A stretch of DNA of 56,693 nt from Prorocentrum cordatum. Its lineage: Eukaryota. The stretch covers positions 62,001-118,693 of the forward strand of contig CAUYUJ010000074.1 of assembly GCA_963575745.1 (NCBI GenBank), written 5' to 3'. This document shows, in pieces, positions 12,891-24,486 of the stretch (the first letter of the stretch is position 1; every line of letters starts with the position of its first letter). Made by a program: the position numbers and the translations under genes. The notes beneath the pieces are model-generated. The model was not told the DNA's origin, did no database searches, and saw only the letters and a list, made by a program, of their open reading frames with translations.

Positions 12891-13425
12891 CCCTCCTCTC
12901 CTCTCCTCTCCTCCCTCCTCCTCCTCTCCTCCTCCTCCTCCTCCTCCTCCTCCTCCTCCTCCTCCTCCTCCCTCCCTCCCCTCCCTCCCTCCCTCCCTCC
13001 CTCCCTCCCTCCCTCCCTCCTCCTCCTCCTCCTCCTCTCTCCCTCCTCCTCCTTCCTCCTCCTCCTCCGTCCTCCCTCCTCCTCCCTCCTCCTCCTCCTC
13101 CTCCTCCTCCTCCTCCTCCTCCTCCTCCTCCTCCTCCTCCTCCCTCCTCCTCCTCCTCCTCCTCCTCCTCCTCCTCTCCTCCTCCTCCTCCTCCTCCCTC
13201 CTCCTCCTCCTCTCCTCCTCCTCCTACTCTCCTCCCTCCTCCTACTCCTCCTCCTCCTCCTCCTCCTCCTCCTCCTCCTCCTCCTCCTCCCCTCCTCCTC
13301 CTCCTCCTCTCCTCATCCTCCTCCTCCTCCTCCTCCTCCCTCCCTCCCTCCTCCTCCTCCTCCTCCTCCTCCTCCTCCTCCTCCTCCTCCTCCTCCTCCT
13401 CCTCCTCCTCCTCACCTCCTTCTCC
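12891..13425. repeat. (CCT)n polypyrimidine microsatellite
   Basis: Read directly from the sequence. Confidence 0.98.
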
Positions 13426-13456
13426 TCAGACGCTAGGCGAGGAGGAGGAGGAGCGC

Positions 13457-13741
13457 CTTTTCTCGTGGCCTGTGGGCGCCCGCGGCTGGAACCGGGCGGA
13501 TGTCCAGCGGGTGGTGATGCAGGCGGCGGTGGCAGAGGGAGTCGACCCGAACGACCTGGGCTCCCGCAGCCTCTGGATCGGCGGCGCGTCAGCCCTGTGC
13601 GCAGCGTACAAGGATACGGCGCTGGTGCAGAGGTGGGGGCGCCGGAACAGCGGTGCCTTCCAGGGGTATCTCTGGGAGGCGAGGGACATGGCGCAGGGCG
13701 TGGCAAGCAGTATGGCGGCCGCCGACCTGACCATGGTCTGA
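13457..13741 (+). pseudogene. C-terminal fragment of a DIRS-type tyrosine recombinase
   Basis: LFSW..GWNRADVQ...GSRSLWIGGASAL (degenerate HSLRIGGA, box II) and VQRWGRRNSGAFQGYL (GRW-S...Y nucleophile region), ending in a stop at 13741. Confidence 0.85.
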
Positions 13742-13957
13742 GGAGGTGCTGGGCGGAGGCGGAGAGGAGCCCAGAGGCTCAGTGCACAGGGGCAGCCCCA
13801 TGGGCTGCTGGGCAGTGGCAGGGCCCGGTGCCAGGTCCCCCCTCCAGTGCGGGCGGGGACTCCAGAGGGGAGCCCCGCGGCCCGCAGAGAGGCGGAGCGC
13901 CTGGGAGCTCAGAAGGGGGTCAGTGGCCCGCGGAGCGCGTGGCCACGGAGCTCGCGC

Positions 13958-14871
13958 CTAAGCGGCTGGCAGCCGGTCGTCGTCGTGCGCGAACGGGTCG
14001 TGCATCCTGAAGCCCGAGAACCGCTCCTTCGCCCATCTTTCGTAGACAGTCAGGGCCTCCACGACGCAGATATGGGCGTCCGCCTCCGCTTCTGCCGTCG
14101 CTTCGGCCTTGAAGTGGTTGCGCCACTCCCCGCGGTTGTACTGGTCGGTCTTGCTGGCCCGGAGCTTGATGACCACCTCGTCCGCCGCTGGCCAGCTGCT
14201 GCACAGCTCGCCCGCTGCCTTCGGCGTGACATCCACCCCGCGCAAGCCCTTGTTGCCCGTGTAGTTAGCCGTTCCGGTCGCTCGACATGTACTCGCTGGC
14301 CCGCAGCAGCAAGGAGTAGCCCGTGGCGACCGCCGCCCACAATGCCGCTCCCTCTCGCGACCTCTCGGGTTGCAGCTTCTTCTTGGCCCACCGCATCACG
14401 CGGGGCGTGACGGGCTTCTTCCTCCTGGGCGCTCCGTCGCGCCGCCGGAGCCCGTCGATCGCCATCCAGAGTCGCCCTGCTGCCGCCGTGAGGTCACCCA
14501 TGCCTGGCGCCAGGTGCTGCGCCCTCACGGCGCTGAGGTACTGCTTGATCGTGCCTGCCTTCTTGGGCCCTCGACGCGTGCGCCACGAAGTCCAGCAGCA
14601 GCTCCTCCTCCGCCTTCCTGTGAGAGATGTGGTGACCTCCCGCGGCGGGCTGATGCCGCGCGCCGTGCAGAGGAGTGGCCACCAGCGCCATCCCAGGGCT
14701 GTAGGACTTGATGGTGGAGCCTGCCAGCTTGTCCAGCACGAGCTCCAGCTTGGCCTTCTCCCAGTCCTCTGGCGTCTTCAGGTCCGCGAGGACCAGGTCG
14801 TCGGGCTTGGCGTTGGCGAGCACGGCCCCCTGCCCCGGAGGGTTGGCGGGCTGGCCGACCGTCGGCTCCAC
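13958..14871 (-). pseudogene. DIRS-type tyrosine recombinase, N-terminal and central parts, frameshifted and lacking the C-terminus
   Basis: Three frameshifted pieces: KLAGSTIKSY (core-binding domain), KKPVT...GYSLLLRASEY (catalytic Arg box I), and VIKLRASKTDQYNRG (catalytic Lys motif). Confidence 0.88.
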
Positions 14872-15001
14872 GGCTCACGCCTTGGCGCGTCCTGCGTTGG
14901 CTACTGGCCCCCGCCCTGCGCCCCTCCTGCGTCCTCGGGGCATCAGCGCCGCGCGAGCCCGGTCCAGCCCGCCTGCCCTCTGCTCGGGGCAGCCCCATAT
15001 C

Positions 15002-15142
15002 TCTGGAGGTAGGAAAGGGGTGTGGCATAAAGGGGTGTGGTGCCAATCGCGGAAATCGAGATGCTACCTACGATAGGTGGCATCGCCAGACTCAGCCTTG
15101 GCACCACACCCCTTTACGCCACACCCCTTTCCTACCTCCAGA
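15002..15142. mobile_element. 141-bp MITE with ~45-bp TIRs, TC...GA ends and 5-bp TSD atatc
   Basis: atatc|tctggaggtaggaaaggggtgtggcataaaggggtgtggtgccaa ... ttggcaccacacccctttacgccacacccctttcctacctccaga|atatc, plus an inner hairpin gatgctaccta-cga-taggtggcatc. Confidence 0.92.
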
Positions 15143-16149
15143 ATATCTTGACCAGCCGCTCCAGCTGCGCCGGCGCCATCCCCTGCGCTAGGGACCCGCT
15201 GCGCCTGCCGTCGCCTCGACTCCTCCGGGCCAGCGGCTCCAGGCCCTGAGGTCGCTCGACGCCTCGCCCTCCGCCTGCTCCAGGCAGTGCTGGCGTTGGG
15301 TCGGTGTCGCCCGCGCACCTCTTGGCCCCGCCGAGCCCTGGGTCTCCCGGTCGATCCTCGCCGCGTGTGCCCTCAGCGCTGCCAGTCCGGCAGCCTCCTC
15401 CTCGGGGCTCCTGCGTGCCGCGTCAGGCACGGGCAGGGGCTCCCGCGCCCTGCCTTCTGCTCCTTGCGGACTGGACGGCGGCGACCGCCCCTCCCTGCCC
15501 GCCGGGCTCCCACCTCTTGGCGGGCTGTCCTGCTCGCTGCTCTGCGCCTCCTCGCCTGCGACGCTCCCGCCCGCCTCGGGCCCACTCTCGCTGAGCGCGC
15601 CCAGCTCGGAGCACTTGCACTTCGGGTGGTCGCGCCGCGCTCCTCCTCACAGAGGCCCTCGCAGACCACGCCTCCGCACCTCTCGCATCCGCAGCACGCC
15701 TCGCATCCCCAGCCCTGGCAGACCGCGCAGCGGGCAGGGGGAGGGGGGGGGAGCTCGGCTGTCGCCCAGGCTGTCCTCCGGCTGCGGCTCGCTTGCCCCG
15801 TCGATGCCCCGTCGATGCCCCGCGCACCGTCCGGAGCCTCCCTGCTCCCCTGCCCAGGCGCTCTCCCCTGCCCGGAGCCGGGAGCGGGGCCCAGCGCGCC
15901 GGGGCACCTGCGCGCCTGCGGCCGGAGCGTGGGGGCGCCGACCGCCCGCCCGCCTCCCCCTGCGCCCGCGGCCCTCCGACCTCGACTTCTCTGCTGCTGC
16001 TCTCGACCTCTCCTCGGGCCTCTCGGGCGCCGGGGCCGTGGCCTCGCTCGGCGGGCGCTGCGTTCTCCTGCCGTGCCCTGGGCGCGCCTCGCGCCAGGCT
16101 CCGGCAGCTGCGCGCGATCTTCGGGGTGCTCCTCGAGCTGCTCCCCTAC

Positions 16150-16298
16150 CCCTGACCTCCCAGGAGGGCAACAAAAAGAACACCCGACCTAAAAACCTAT
16201 CCCAGAGCTATTCTGTGTCTTGGTTTTGGGCTGTTTCGCCTAGTTTTTTGGGTGTTTAGGCCTCCAGTGCTAAAAAATACCTCTCTGGAAGGTCAGGG
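16150..16298. mobile_element. MITE with CCC...GGG TIRs and a possible 2-bp TSD (ac); CMC/EnSpm-like ends
   Basis: ac|ccctgacctcccaggaggg ... cctctctggaaggtcaggg|ac. The interior is AT-rich, within GC-rich DIRS sequence. Confidence 0.75.
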
Positions 16299-16871
16299 AC
16301 CCTCCCCCCCCTGGCCATCGCGCCGCCCCTCGTGGCTGTCGGAGCCCGCCCGCGCGCGGCCCCTCCAGCAGCGGCGCGGTCTCCACGCCTCGAGCCCGCA
16401 GCAGCCCCCGGGCGCAGGCCCGTGGCGCTCCTGCGCGCCAGCGGCAGCCCCTGCGCTCGGGCGCGTGGCTCTCGGCGGGCCCGTTGGCGTCGCGACCTCC
16501 GCGTCCTCCTCGTCCGACTCGGGCTCCGCCTCGATCCCAGCCGGAGGGGTCCTCGCGCGGCCTGACGACGGGCGCCTCAGTCTTGCGCGTCTTCGGCCTC
16601 TCTCCCCGCTGCTGGTCCTCCTGCTCGCGCCGCCCTGCTGCAACTGCCAGCTCTGCCACGGCCGCCGCGGCCGCGCGCCTCGCCTCCCTTTCCTCGCGTC
16701 TCTGCTGGGCCAGCTCCTCCTTCGGCGGCTGCTGGTAGCCATCGGGCGGGGGGCGCACCTCCTCCGGGCTGTTGCCGCCCTGCCGTTTCTTCTTGCGGCC
16801 ACCTCGGCGCTTGCCCCCTCCTGCGCCCGAGGACGCTCCACCTCCAGGTGGGTCAGCAGAGAGGCCGTGTC

Positions 16872-17375
16872 CATCCTTCTCGCAATGCTTGTAATGGCGG
16901 ACCCCTCCCACAGCCCACTCCTCGCCAGCGTGCTTGCCCGCGCACTTGTCACGACAGTAGCCCGGGCGCCATCGCTCGCCGGGGCTGTGCCCCAGGTAGG
17001 GGCAGCCGAGGGTGGAGCACGGACGCCTGGCTGATGCTGCCGCGGCTGCTGGCTGCTCTTCTGCTGCCATAGCCGTCGCCGCTGCCGTCTCCTCGGCCAG
17101 GACGGGCACCCTGGGCGCGCGTCCATCTTCCCCAGTTCTCGTCCTCTGGCGCCTCGCAAGCCCCGCGCCTGCGTGAGCTGGCCGCTCCTCCGCTGCCCGG
17201 CGCGGCGCCCTCCTCCTGGGCGACCGCTCCCGAGCCGTGCTCGGCGTCGCAACGCGGCCCATGCCTCTTGCCACCCGTCCACTCACAAGTGCGGCAGCAG
17301 TGCAAGAACCATCCTCCGCTGCGGTACTGGCCCCACCAGTCGAATGCCCGTGGGCGGTCGCAACGCCCTCGGCAC
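16872..17375 (-). pseudogene. Two Cys/His-rich putative zinc-binding modules within the DIRS element
   Basis: CRGRCDRP...HCCRTCEWTGGKRHGPRCD (~17244-17375) and CSTLGCPYLGH...YCRDKC...HYKHCEKD (~16872-17020), in different frames. Confidence 0.5.
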
Positions 17376-18399
17376 AGCGGCCCCGCATCGGGGTCTAGCC
17401 CGGCCCGAGTGGAGATGACGTCTAGGAACGGCTCCTCCAGAAGTGAGTCTGGGAGTGACTTGCTGGCTCTAGGCTCCTGTGAGGCCGCTGCTGTTGCTGC
17501 GCCCAGGTGCAGCTCCAGCTCCACCGGGCCCGGCGAGAACGGGTCTGCAGGCTCCTTCGCCGCCCCTGTGCCCGCCCCGACATCAGTTGCTGGCTTTGCC
17601 GCCGCTGCCGCACCTCCTTCCCACGAGCTGGCTGCCCGCGCTTGCTGGCGGGAATGCTCCTCCTCGACTCGCTGCTTCGCCGCCTGCGCCCTCTCCTCGG
17701 CCTGCTGCTTGGCTCGAACCTCGAGCTGACTGACAAAGGGTGGGATCTCTTCCCCACCGTGGATGACACTAGGGCCGAGACCTCCTTTGGCAGAGCCGGC
17801 GCCCAGACCTCAAGCGCCCGGTGGAGGCACCGAGGCGGCGCTTTGACCGAGGGCGCCGTCGGTGCGCGAGGGGGGGGGGGCCACTTCTCCTCCGTGGGCG
17901 TCGGCAGGCGCCTCGCGCGTGGGTGGCGAGGCGCCCCTCGCCTCTTCGCCCCCCTGCCTCGTCCTGGGCCTCTGGGCGAGGTCACGGCCGCATGCGGAGC
18001 AGCGCTCGTCCCATTGGCCCCTGGGCGGAGGCAGCGTGTGCACCATCTGTCCCCGCTGTCGTGTGGGAGCATCCCTGCTCGCCGCCCGTCCGCCTCCTGC
18101 GGACCCGCCTGGCCCGCTAGGCCGCCCGCGCGCATCTGGGCGGCCTCTCCGCGCGGGTCCTGCGGGCACGCCCAGCGTGCCGCGAGCCACCTCTGCGGCC
18201 TGCTCCATGCCGCGTCCTCGCGGCTGAGCGAGCAGACGCCTGCCTTCCCGCGCGGGTCGCCCCTCACCCACCGGAGCTGCGCCAAAGCCTCCTCGATCAT
18301 CGCCTCTGCTAGCTGCGGCGGGGCTGCGCGGACCGCCCAGCCCGCGAGGGTCTCCGCCCTGATGCCGTCAGCGGCTGCTCGGCGAAAGGCTGCTAGCGT

Positions 18400-19150
18400 G
18401 CCCCCCCATCAGCTGCCAGACCTCGGGCCCCAGCTGCCAGACGCTCGGAAGGGGCCCCCGAGAGTCAAAGGCGAGGAGGCGGTCTCCTGGCGCGCCAGCG
18501 GCCGTCGCGCCCCTCAGGCCTGGCGCTGGGCCCTCGTTGGAGTAGACGATCTCCTCGGCTCGTCCATCTTTGGGGTGCCAGTGCCCGCAGGGCCTGGCTC
18601 CGCTGGGCCCTCCTCTCCTGGGTATGCGCGGGTCCAAGACTATATCGCCATCCTGCGCCTGGAGCCGGGCTGCCTCTGGCCGCGCCTTCCCGAGGCACTC
18701 CCGGATGCTCGGAGGCGCGACGCACTCCTGACCCAGGCTGGTCGGCTCGCCTCCTCCTCGGACCGCGACGGCCGCCGCGCGACGTCGCGCGGTGGCGCCC
18801 CCCAGCGCCGCGCAGCAGATCTCGACCTCCTCCCAGCGGAAGCCCGCCTGCCGAAGCCTCTCGCTCGCGGGGCTCCGCTTCGCTGTTCCTGGGGCGTCCG
18901 CTGCCGCCGCGCCTGCTCCCGTGCGCAGCGCGGAGTCCGCCTGGCGCCTCGCCTCCTCGCCGTCGTCGTTCGCGAGGCTGGCCACAGCGATGTCCGCGGC
19001 TCCTCCGCCCTTGGTGGTCCACTCAGCGACCCCCGGCGGCCAGAGCGCGTGGGGCCCCGGCAGCTCCTTGCATCCACGCGATGGCACCGTGTCTGGCCCC
19101 CGCCTTGCACGGCGATCCCAACGCGCCGCGCCGCTCGACGATCGCGACCG
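18400..19150 (-). pseudogene. Degenerate C5 cytosine-methyltransferase-like domain
   Basis: GFRWEEVEICCAALGGATARRR resembles motif VIII (GY...AxxFGxPQxRxR). VYSNEGPAPGLR resembles a target-recognition segment and VWQLGPEVWQLMG resembles motif IX. Motifs I, IV and VI are not clearly intact. Confidence 0.5.
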
Positions 19151-19320
19151 CCTCGCCGGGGACCATCCCGAGCTCTCGCGGGCGATGCGGCTCCCTCCTG
19201 GCTGCCAACAGCTGCTGAGGCATCCGCATCGCTCTGACCCTCCCAGATCAGCGCGCGATGGAGCCATCCTCGCTCCAAGTGCCTGGCCCAGCTGTCCTTG
19301 AGGTCGACGACCTCGAGGTC

Positions 19321-19827
19321 TCACGCCTCTGTTATCACCCAGGCCTCCTCCTCCGTCACGCGGGAGAAGGTGTCGGCCGTGACGTTATGGCAGGCGCGAA
19401 AGTACGCGCTGGCGACCTCGTAGCCGTATACCGCTTCAAGGCACGTGACCACAGTGATCAGGAAGCTGGCGTAGCGGTTCTTGGCTCGCCTGTTCTGCAG
19501 CCAGCAGTGGGCGTTGTAGTTGTCACCGCCATGCATGATGACGCCCTGCTCCCACCAGCCCTCTGCGCCAGCCTTCGCGGCGAAGGTGGCGAAGCTCATG
19601 AACTCCGTGATCGCTATGATAGCCTCCTCTTCCTCTTCAACCCCCGCGGCCTCGCGGAGGGCGCCCGTGAATTCCGGCGCGGAGTGGAACGCGCGCTTGG
19701 AGTTGACCCGGACCACAGTCGCAATGCGCTCGAGCGTGGCGCCACCCGTTACCCAGATGACCCAGTGTCGAGCCCCGGGCACGGCAGGCCTCTCGTTGAT
19801 GGTCAGCACGCCCGACAACACTCCCAC
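19321..19827 (-). pseudogene. DIRS-type RNase H domain
   Basis: WVTGGAT (degenerate D-A motif), IIAITEF (catalytic E), GDNYN (catalytic D) and HNVTADTFSR (NxxADxLSR). Confidence 0.85.
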
Positions 19828-20158
19828 GAATCTCGACTTCTACTTAGCTCGGTCCGCCGCCAGCACGCGTGCCACCTCAGTGGCCTGCCAGAAGTCGGTC
19901 CACAGCAACGTTCCCTTGTCCTCTCCCTCCTGCGGCCCAGCGAGTCGCCTCGGACGTCCTCTCACGAGGGCATCGGTGGCGCCCGCCAAGCAGCGCATGG
20001 CGGGCATGACCAGGCTCCAGTAACTACTGCTGGTTGCCGCGGTAGATCTCCAGGAAGTTCCAGGGGATGTTCTGCTGGCCGTAGTCCAAGGCCTCGTTCG
20101 CCAGTAGGTAGAGGCTGCCTTCTCTATCTTTGGGCCCGGCATCTCAATGGTACCTTCC

Positions 20159-20321
20159 TCAGGAGGGAAAAAAACACACAGACACAATTAATCGTCGACT
20201 CCCAGGAAAATATGGGAAAATATGAGAAGTGGGGGGGAAGACAGAAACCCAGAAAATATGGGAAAATATGGGGTATATTTTCATTAGTGTGTATTTATTT
20301 GTGTGTCCCAGGGCCCCTTCA
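20159..20321. mobile_element. 163-bp element with TC...CA ends and 5-bp TSD cttcc (family shared with 56504-56666)
   Basis: cttcc|tcaggaggg...acacacagacacaattaatcgtcga...gtgtcccagggccccttca|cttcc. A homologous 163-bp copy has a different TSD. Confidence 0.92.
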
Positions 20322-20562
20322 CTTCCGTCGTCCGATGCAGCAGCCCCCGGCAGATCTTCTCGGTCTCCCAGCCGCCCTCCTCCAGGTCCTTCTCCTCGTC
20401 GACCGCCTCTGGGCCCGGGCGTGTCCTGATGCCTTCCAGCGCGGTCGCGCCGCTCTGGGCCGCCCGCGCGCCGCTGTCGGGCTCGACCAGCGCCTGGTCA
20501 CCCATCGAGAACGAGCAGTGGAAGGGGGCGGTGTCGTCCCAGCGCGCGTCTGCTGGACGATG

Positions 20563-20743
20563 CTCCAGATTTCGTAATAAAAGGGAGGGGGTCTCATTTC
20601 GGGGGGGGTCTCTTCCAGGCTATCTTGGAGGGCCTGGGGGGGTCTGGGGACGATGTTTTGGAGGGTTCTCCCACGGGGGGGGGGTCTAAAACTTCTCGTC
20701 TGGGAGGGTTGAGACCCCCTCCCTTTTATTACGAAATCTGGAG
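20563..20743. mobile_element. Tc1/mariner-type (Stowaway-like) MITE with perfect 34-bp TIRs and TA target
   Basis: ctccagatttcgtaataaaagggagggggtctca ... tgagaccccctcccttttattacgaaatctggag|ta (left flank tg). Removing it restores RT codons gcc-tat-cgt. Confidence 0.92.
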
Positions 20744-21639
20744 TAGGCTGAGTGTTGGCACTGTGCCACCCGCGCCCATATCACTGCGGCGTGGCCGACC
20801 GACTGCGCCAGCCCGCTATCCGATCAGCAACGTGCGCGGCGCGGAGAGGGAAGCCGCCCTTCTCGGTGGTCTTCTCGCGGAAGCGGTTGGAGCGGGCGCG
20901 CTTCCTTTGAGCTGCTTGGGCTTCGTGAGACTGGGCGTGGAAGGGGCGGGCCTTGAACGACCGAGTGCCATTCACCTCCGGAGACTCGCGCGCGTCGGAG
21001 ATGGCGGCGTCCTCGACCAGCATCGGCCCGGGCTCCTCCCTCGCGGAGTCTCGACAGCCCTCGGCCCGCAGCACCTGCCCGCACCCCCCTGTGGCCCTGG
21101 GCGCGATCCTGTCGGCCTCTCGCGCGTCCACGCTCGGCTCCGACTCTGTCTTCGAGATGGGGTCCATCGCTGCTGCCCTGGCCGAGCCATCGTACTGGCG
21201 CGGATGCCTCCATCTCCGAGGCAGTGCAGTGCCCGCGTGCTCTCCTAGCGAGCCCCGGCGCTCCCTGACGCGTCCAGAAGCAGCATGCTCTGCTCCCCGT
21301 CCTGGCCCGTCCTGCCGGTGTGAGCTTGGCCAAGTCCGACGCGTTGATCGAGGAGGTGTGGCCGACGACGCGCGATTCGCCCGCGTGGGCCGTGGGCCTG
21401 TCTCCTGGTGGCGGCGTGCATGGCGTCGCCGAGCTGGGCGGGGCCGGCGAGCTATGGCCCCGCCCGCGCACCCCGAAGAGGAAACGCTGGCCTCGCTAGA
21501 GGCCTCGAGCAGAGAGTGCGGAGGCCGAAGGGGCGCAGAGGGGGGAGGCCGCGAGAGGTGGGGGAACCGGCTGCTCTTACGGACGTCCAGGTCCGCCAGC
21601 GTGGACACCAAGCAGTGTCTTGTTCTCGCAGCAGATGCT

Positions 21640-23807
21640 GTGCATCCTATGTCTGGTGCAATCTAGATTGTGCAAGCTAGGCTGTGCAATCTAGCCTGTG
21701 CAATCTGTGTGGTGCAATATATATGTCGTGCACTCCATGGGGTGCAATCTATGTTGTGAGCGCCATGCGCTTCAATGCACATTATGTGAGCTATGTGGTG
21801 CAGTCTGAGTGGTGCAATCTATGTAGTTTTCCGCGTGTCGTGCAGCTAGGTCTGTGCAACTCCTTGTTCCCAACATATGTGGTGCAGCCAATGCGGCTCA
21901 ATGCGGCTCAACGCGCGCGTGTGCACTTCTTCTCGTTTTTTGTTTGCAAGGAATTCTTGGAAACTTATGATTTGTGCTAATCGAGTGTGCGCGCGTAGTA
22001 TTTTTTTGCAGATGATGGCGGGGGGGAGTAATACCGGTTGGGCTCGGATAGTATGAATTCATATTTCGAATGGGCGATGGGGCAGAATCATATGTATTTT
22101 GCACTACGAAATGGTGGATCGTCAATTCCGGGGGGGGGGGGGGGTCGAGTCTATTCTTCTGGTAGAAAGGAGAATCAACCACTTGCTCAAAGTGGAGTTG
22201 TCCACTCCACTGCCCGCGCAAACATTCCACCCACCCACCCGCAACTTGGTTTGCAAACCCCATGCGGAAGCGATTGCGATGAGTGCTTGGTGTTGGTTGG
22301 TGCATCTCGGCGGCCGTGCTAGCCCGCGCATGCTCGCGCGCGCAGCGGCCAGCTAGTTTGGCGCGACCGACGCGAACGTGGTGGCGCTGACCGTTCGGCA
22401 CATCCCAGCGGGTACTTCAGCGCGAGTCGGCGATTTGGGCGGGCGCGGTATCATGGCAACGTCGACAACGGTAGACGCGATGCTGATAGTAGCGATGCTG
22501 GTGACGATGCTGACTGCGACGACGGGGCAGCCACTGACGGCGCCGATGCTGATCACGCCGACGACGATGACGGCGTCTTCGCGTCGGTGACGAAGGTTTT
22601 GAGAGGCGTTCGAAATGCGCGCGCGGCAGGCGCGCGAGAGTGGCCCGCATGGTATGATCTGACGCGGATCGGGGCGCCCCAGCACGCGCGCAGGGGCGTT
22701 CGAACGATTTCGACATGCGCGCGCGCAAAGCCCGTTTGGTAGCGTTTTGGGAATATGTTGAACATATATGGTTTTGTGCAGAATTCGCAAGAACGCGCGC
22801 GCATTTTTTTTTGGGGGGGGGGTGAAATCCGTGTTGCGAGAATTTTGTTTTTAAGAATGAAGTGTTTTGGGCACTCGATTTTGAAATCCTTGCGAAACCC
22901 AAGGTTTTGAAAGCATTTCGGCATGCGCGCGTGACGACGCGCGCGTGTGCATGTCGCCCCATGTGTTGCGAAGGTTCTAAACAACTTATGATTTTTGCAA
23001 AACGAGTGTGCGCGCATAGTTTTTTTGCAGAGGATGGCGGGCGGGGGGGACGATGCCGGCCTAGCTGGGATAGTATTAGTATCAAAGTTCAGGTGGACGA
23101 TGGGGCAAAATTATTTGTGAATTGGAAAACGAAAAGGTGAATCTTTTACCCCGGCGGGGGAGGGTGGTAGATTCTATTTCCTTTCCAGGACAAGGGAATC
23201 AATGTGGTGCCATCTATGTTGTGCATTCCACTTTTACCGTCTTGAAGCTGTCCTCTCCACTGCTCGCGCAAACATCCCACCCACACACCCGCAACTTGGT
23301 TTGCAAAACCTCTTCAGACCGACTACGACGACACCGACGACAACGACTAGGACGACACCGACGACGTCTCCGACTTCGACGACGACAACGACGCCGACGC
23401 CGACGACGACGAAGACGACGACGACGACGCCAACGAAGGCGACGACGAGGGAGGAGGAAGGACGACGACGGCGACAACGACGACAACGACGACAACTACG
23501 AGGAAGGAGGGAGGACGGCGACGACGCGAACGACGACGAAGGCTGAAGGACGGCGACGCCGACGACAACGACGAGGGAGGAGGGAAGACGACGACGACAA
23601 CGACGACGACGACGGCGACGAAATAGGAGGGACGACGACGAGACGCCGACGACGGACGACGACGACGACGTGGGAGGAGGAGGAAAGACGACCACGGCGA
23701 CAACGACGACGGAAACGACCACGACGCCAAAGAGGACGACGACGAGGAACACGAGAAAAGACAGAGGACGACGTAGGCGACGACGACGACGACGCGGGAG
23801 GAGGGAG

Positions 23808-23841
<34 letters not shown>

Positions 23842-24446
23842 CAAGAGCGCGCGCGCACGCTTTTGTTGAAAGTCCGTTTTGCGAAACCCTGGGTTTTTGT
23901 ATGTTTTTTGGACGCACGATTTTGAAATCCTTCCGAAACCGATGGGTTTTGAAGGTTTTCGGCATACGCCCGCGACGACGCGCGCGTCTGCACTTCGTCC
24001 CGTTTTTTGCGCAGGGTTCTCGCGACGGCACACGCGCAAGGGCGTTCGACGGATTTCGACATGCGCGCGCGCGAAGCCCGTTTGGTAGCATTTGGTGAAA
24101 ATCTGAAAAAAAAACAATGGTTTTCTTAAGATTTCTCAAGAGCTCGCGCGGAAGTTTTTTTAGCAAATCACTGTTGCGAAACCCTGTGTGTTTGTATGTT
24201 TTTTTGGAAACTCGATTGCGAAATCCTTCCGGCACCGAAGGTTTTTGAAGGATTTCGGCATGCGCGCGCGACGACGCGCGCGTGTGCAGTTCGTCGTATT
24301 TTTTGCAAGGGATTCGCGAACAAGTGTTATGTTTGAGCAACAAATGTCACCGCATAGTGTTTTTTTCCAAGGGAACCTCAGGGGGGGGGAACCGGTCTAG
24401 CTGGGATGGTACGATTTCATATTTAGGATGGACGAGTGTGCAGAAT

Positions 24447-24486
<40 letters not shown>

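Larger units (their letters stand above)
19840..20785 (-). pseudogene. DIRS-type reverse transcriptase (palm/thumb), interrupted by two MITEs
   Basis: With the inserts removed it reads VIWARVAQCQHSAYRPADARWDDTAPFHCSFSMGDQALVEPD...GPEAVDEEKDLEEGGWETEKICRGLLHRTTEGTIEMPGPKIEKA. SMGD is a decayed xxDD catalytic motif. Confidence 0.82.
13958..20790 (-). mobile_element. Decayed, 5'-truncated DIRS-like retrotransposon (RT-RNase H-MTase-like-Cys modules-YR) with four nested MITEs
   Basis: Co-oriented RT, DIRS-type RNase H and YR domains in canonical order. No intact terminal repeats were recognised. Confidence 0.82.

Noticed and set aside
15002..15142. Introner status for the TC...GA MITE (contains AG|GTAGGA and a pyrimidine-CAG)
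   Set aside because: Using these sites leaves +13 or +11 nt, which is not frame-preserving.
17507..19237. 576-aa plus-strand ORF (and 19258-20577, 439 aa)
   Set aside because: Antisense shadows of the GC-rich minus-strand DIRS coding sequence, with no motifs of their own.
20790..21611. Upstream continuation of DIRS RT/gag
   Set aside because: No N-terminal RT motifs (D..AF, FGW..SP) or gag features were recognisable.
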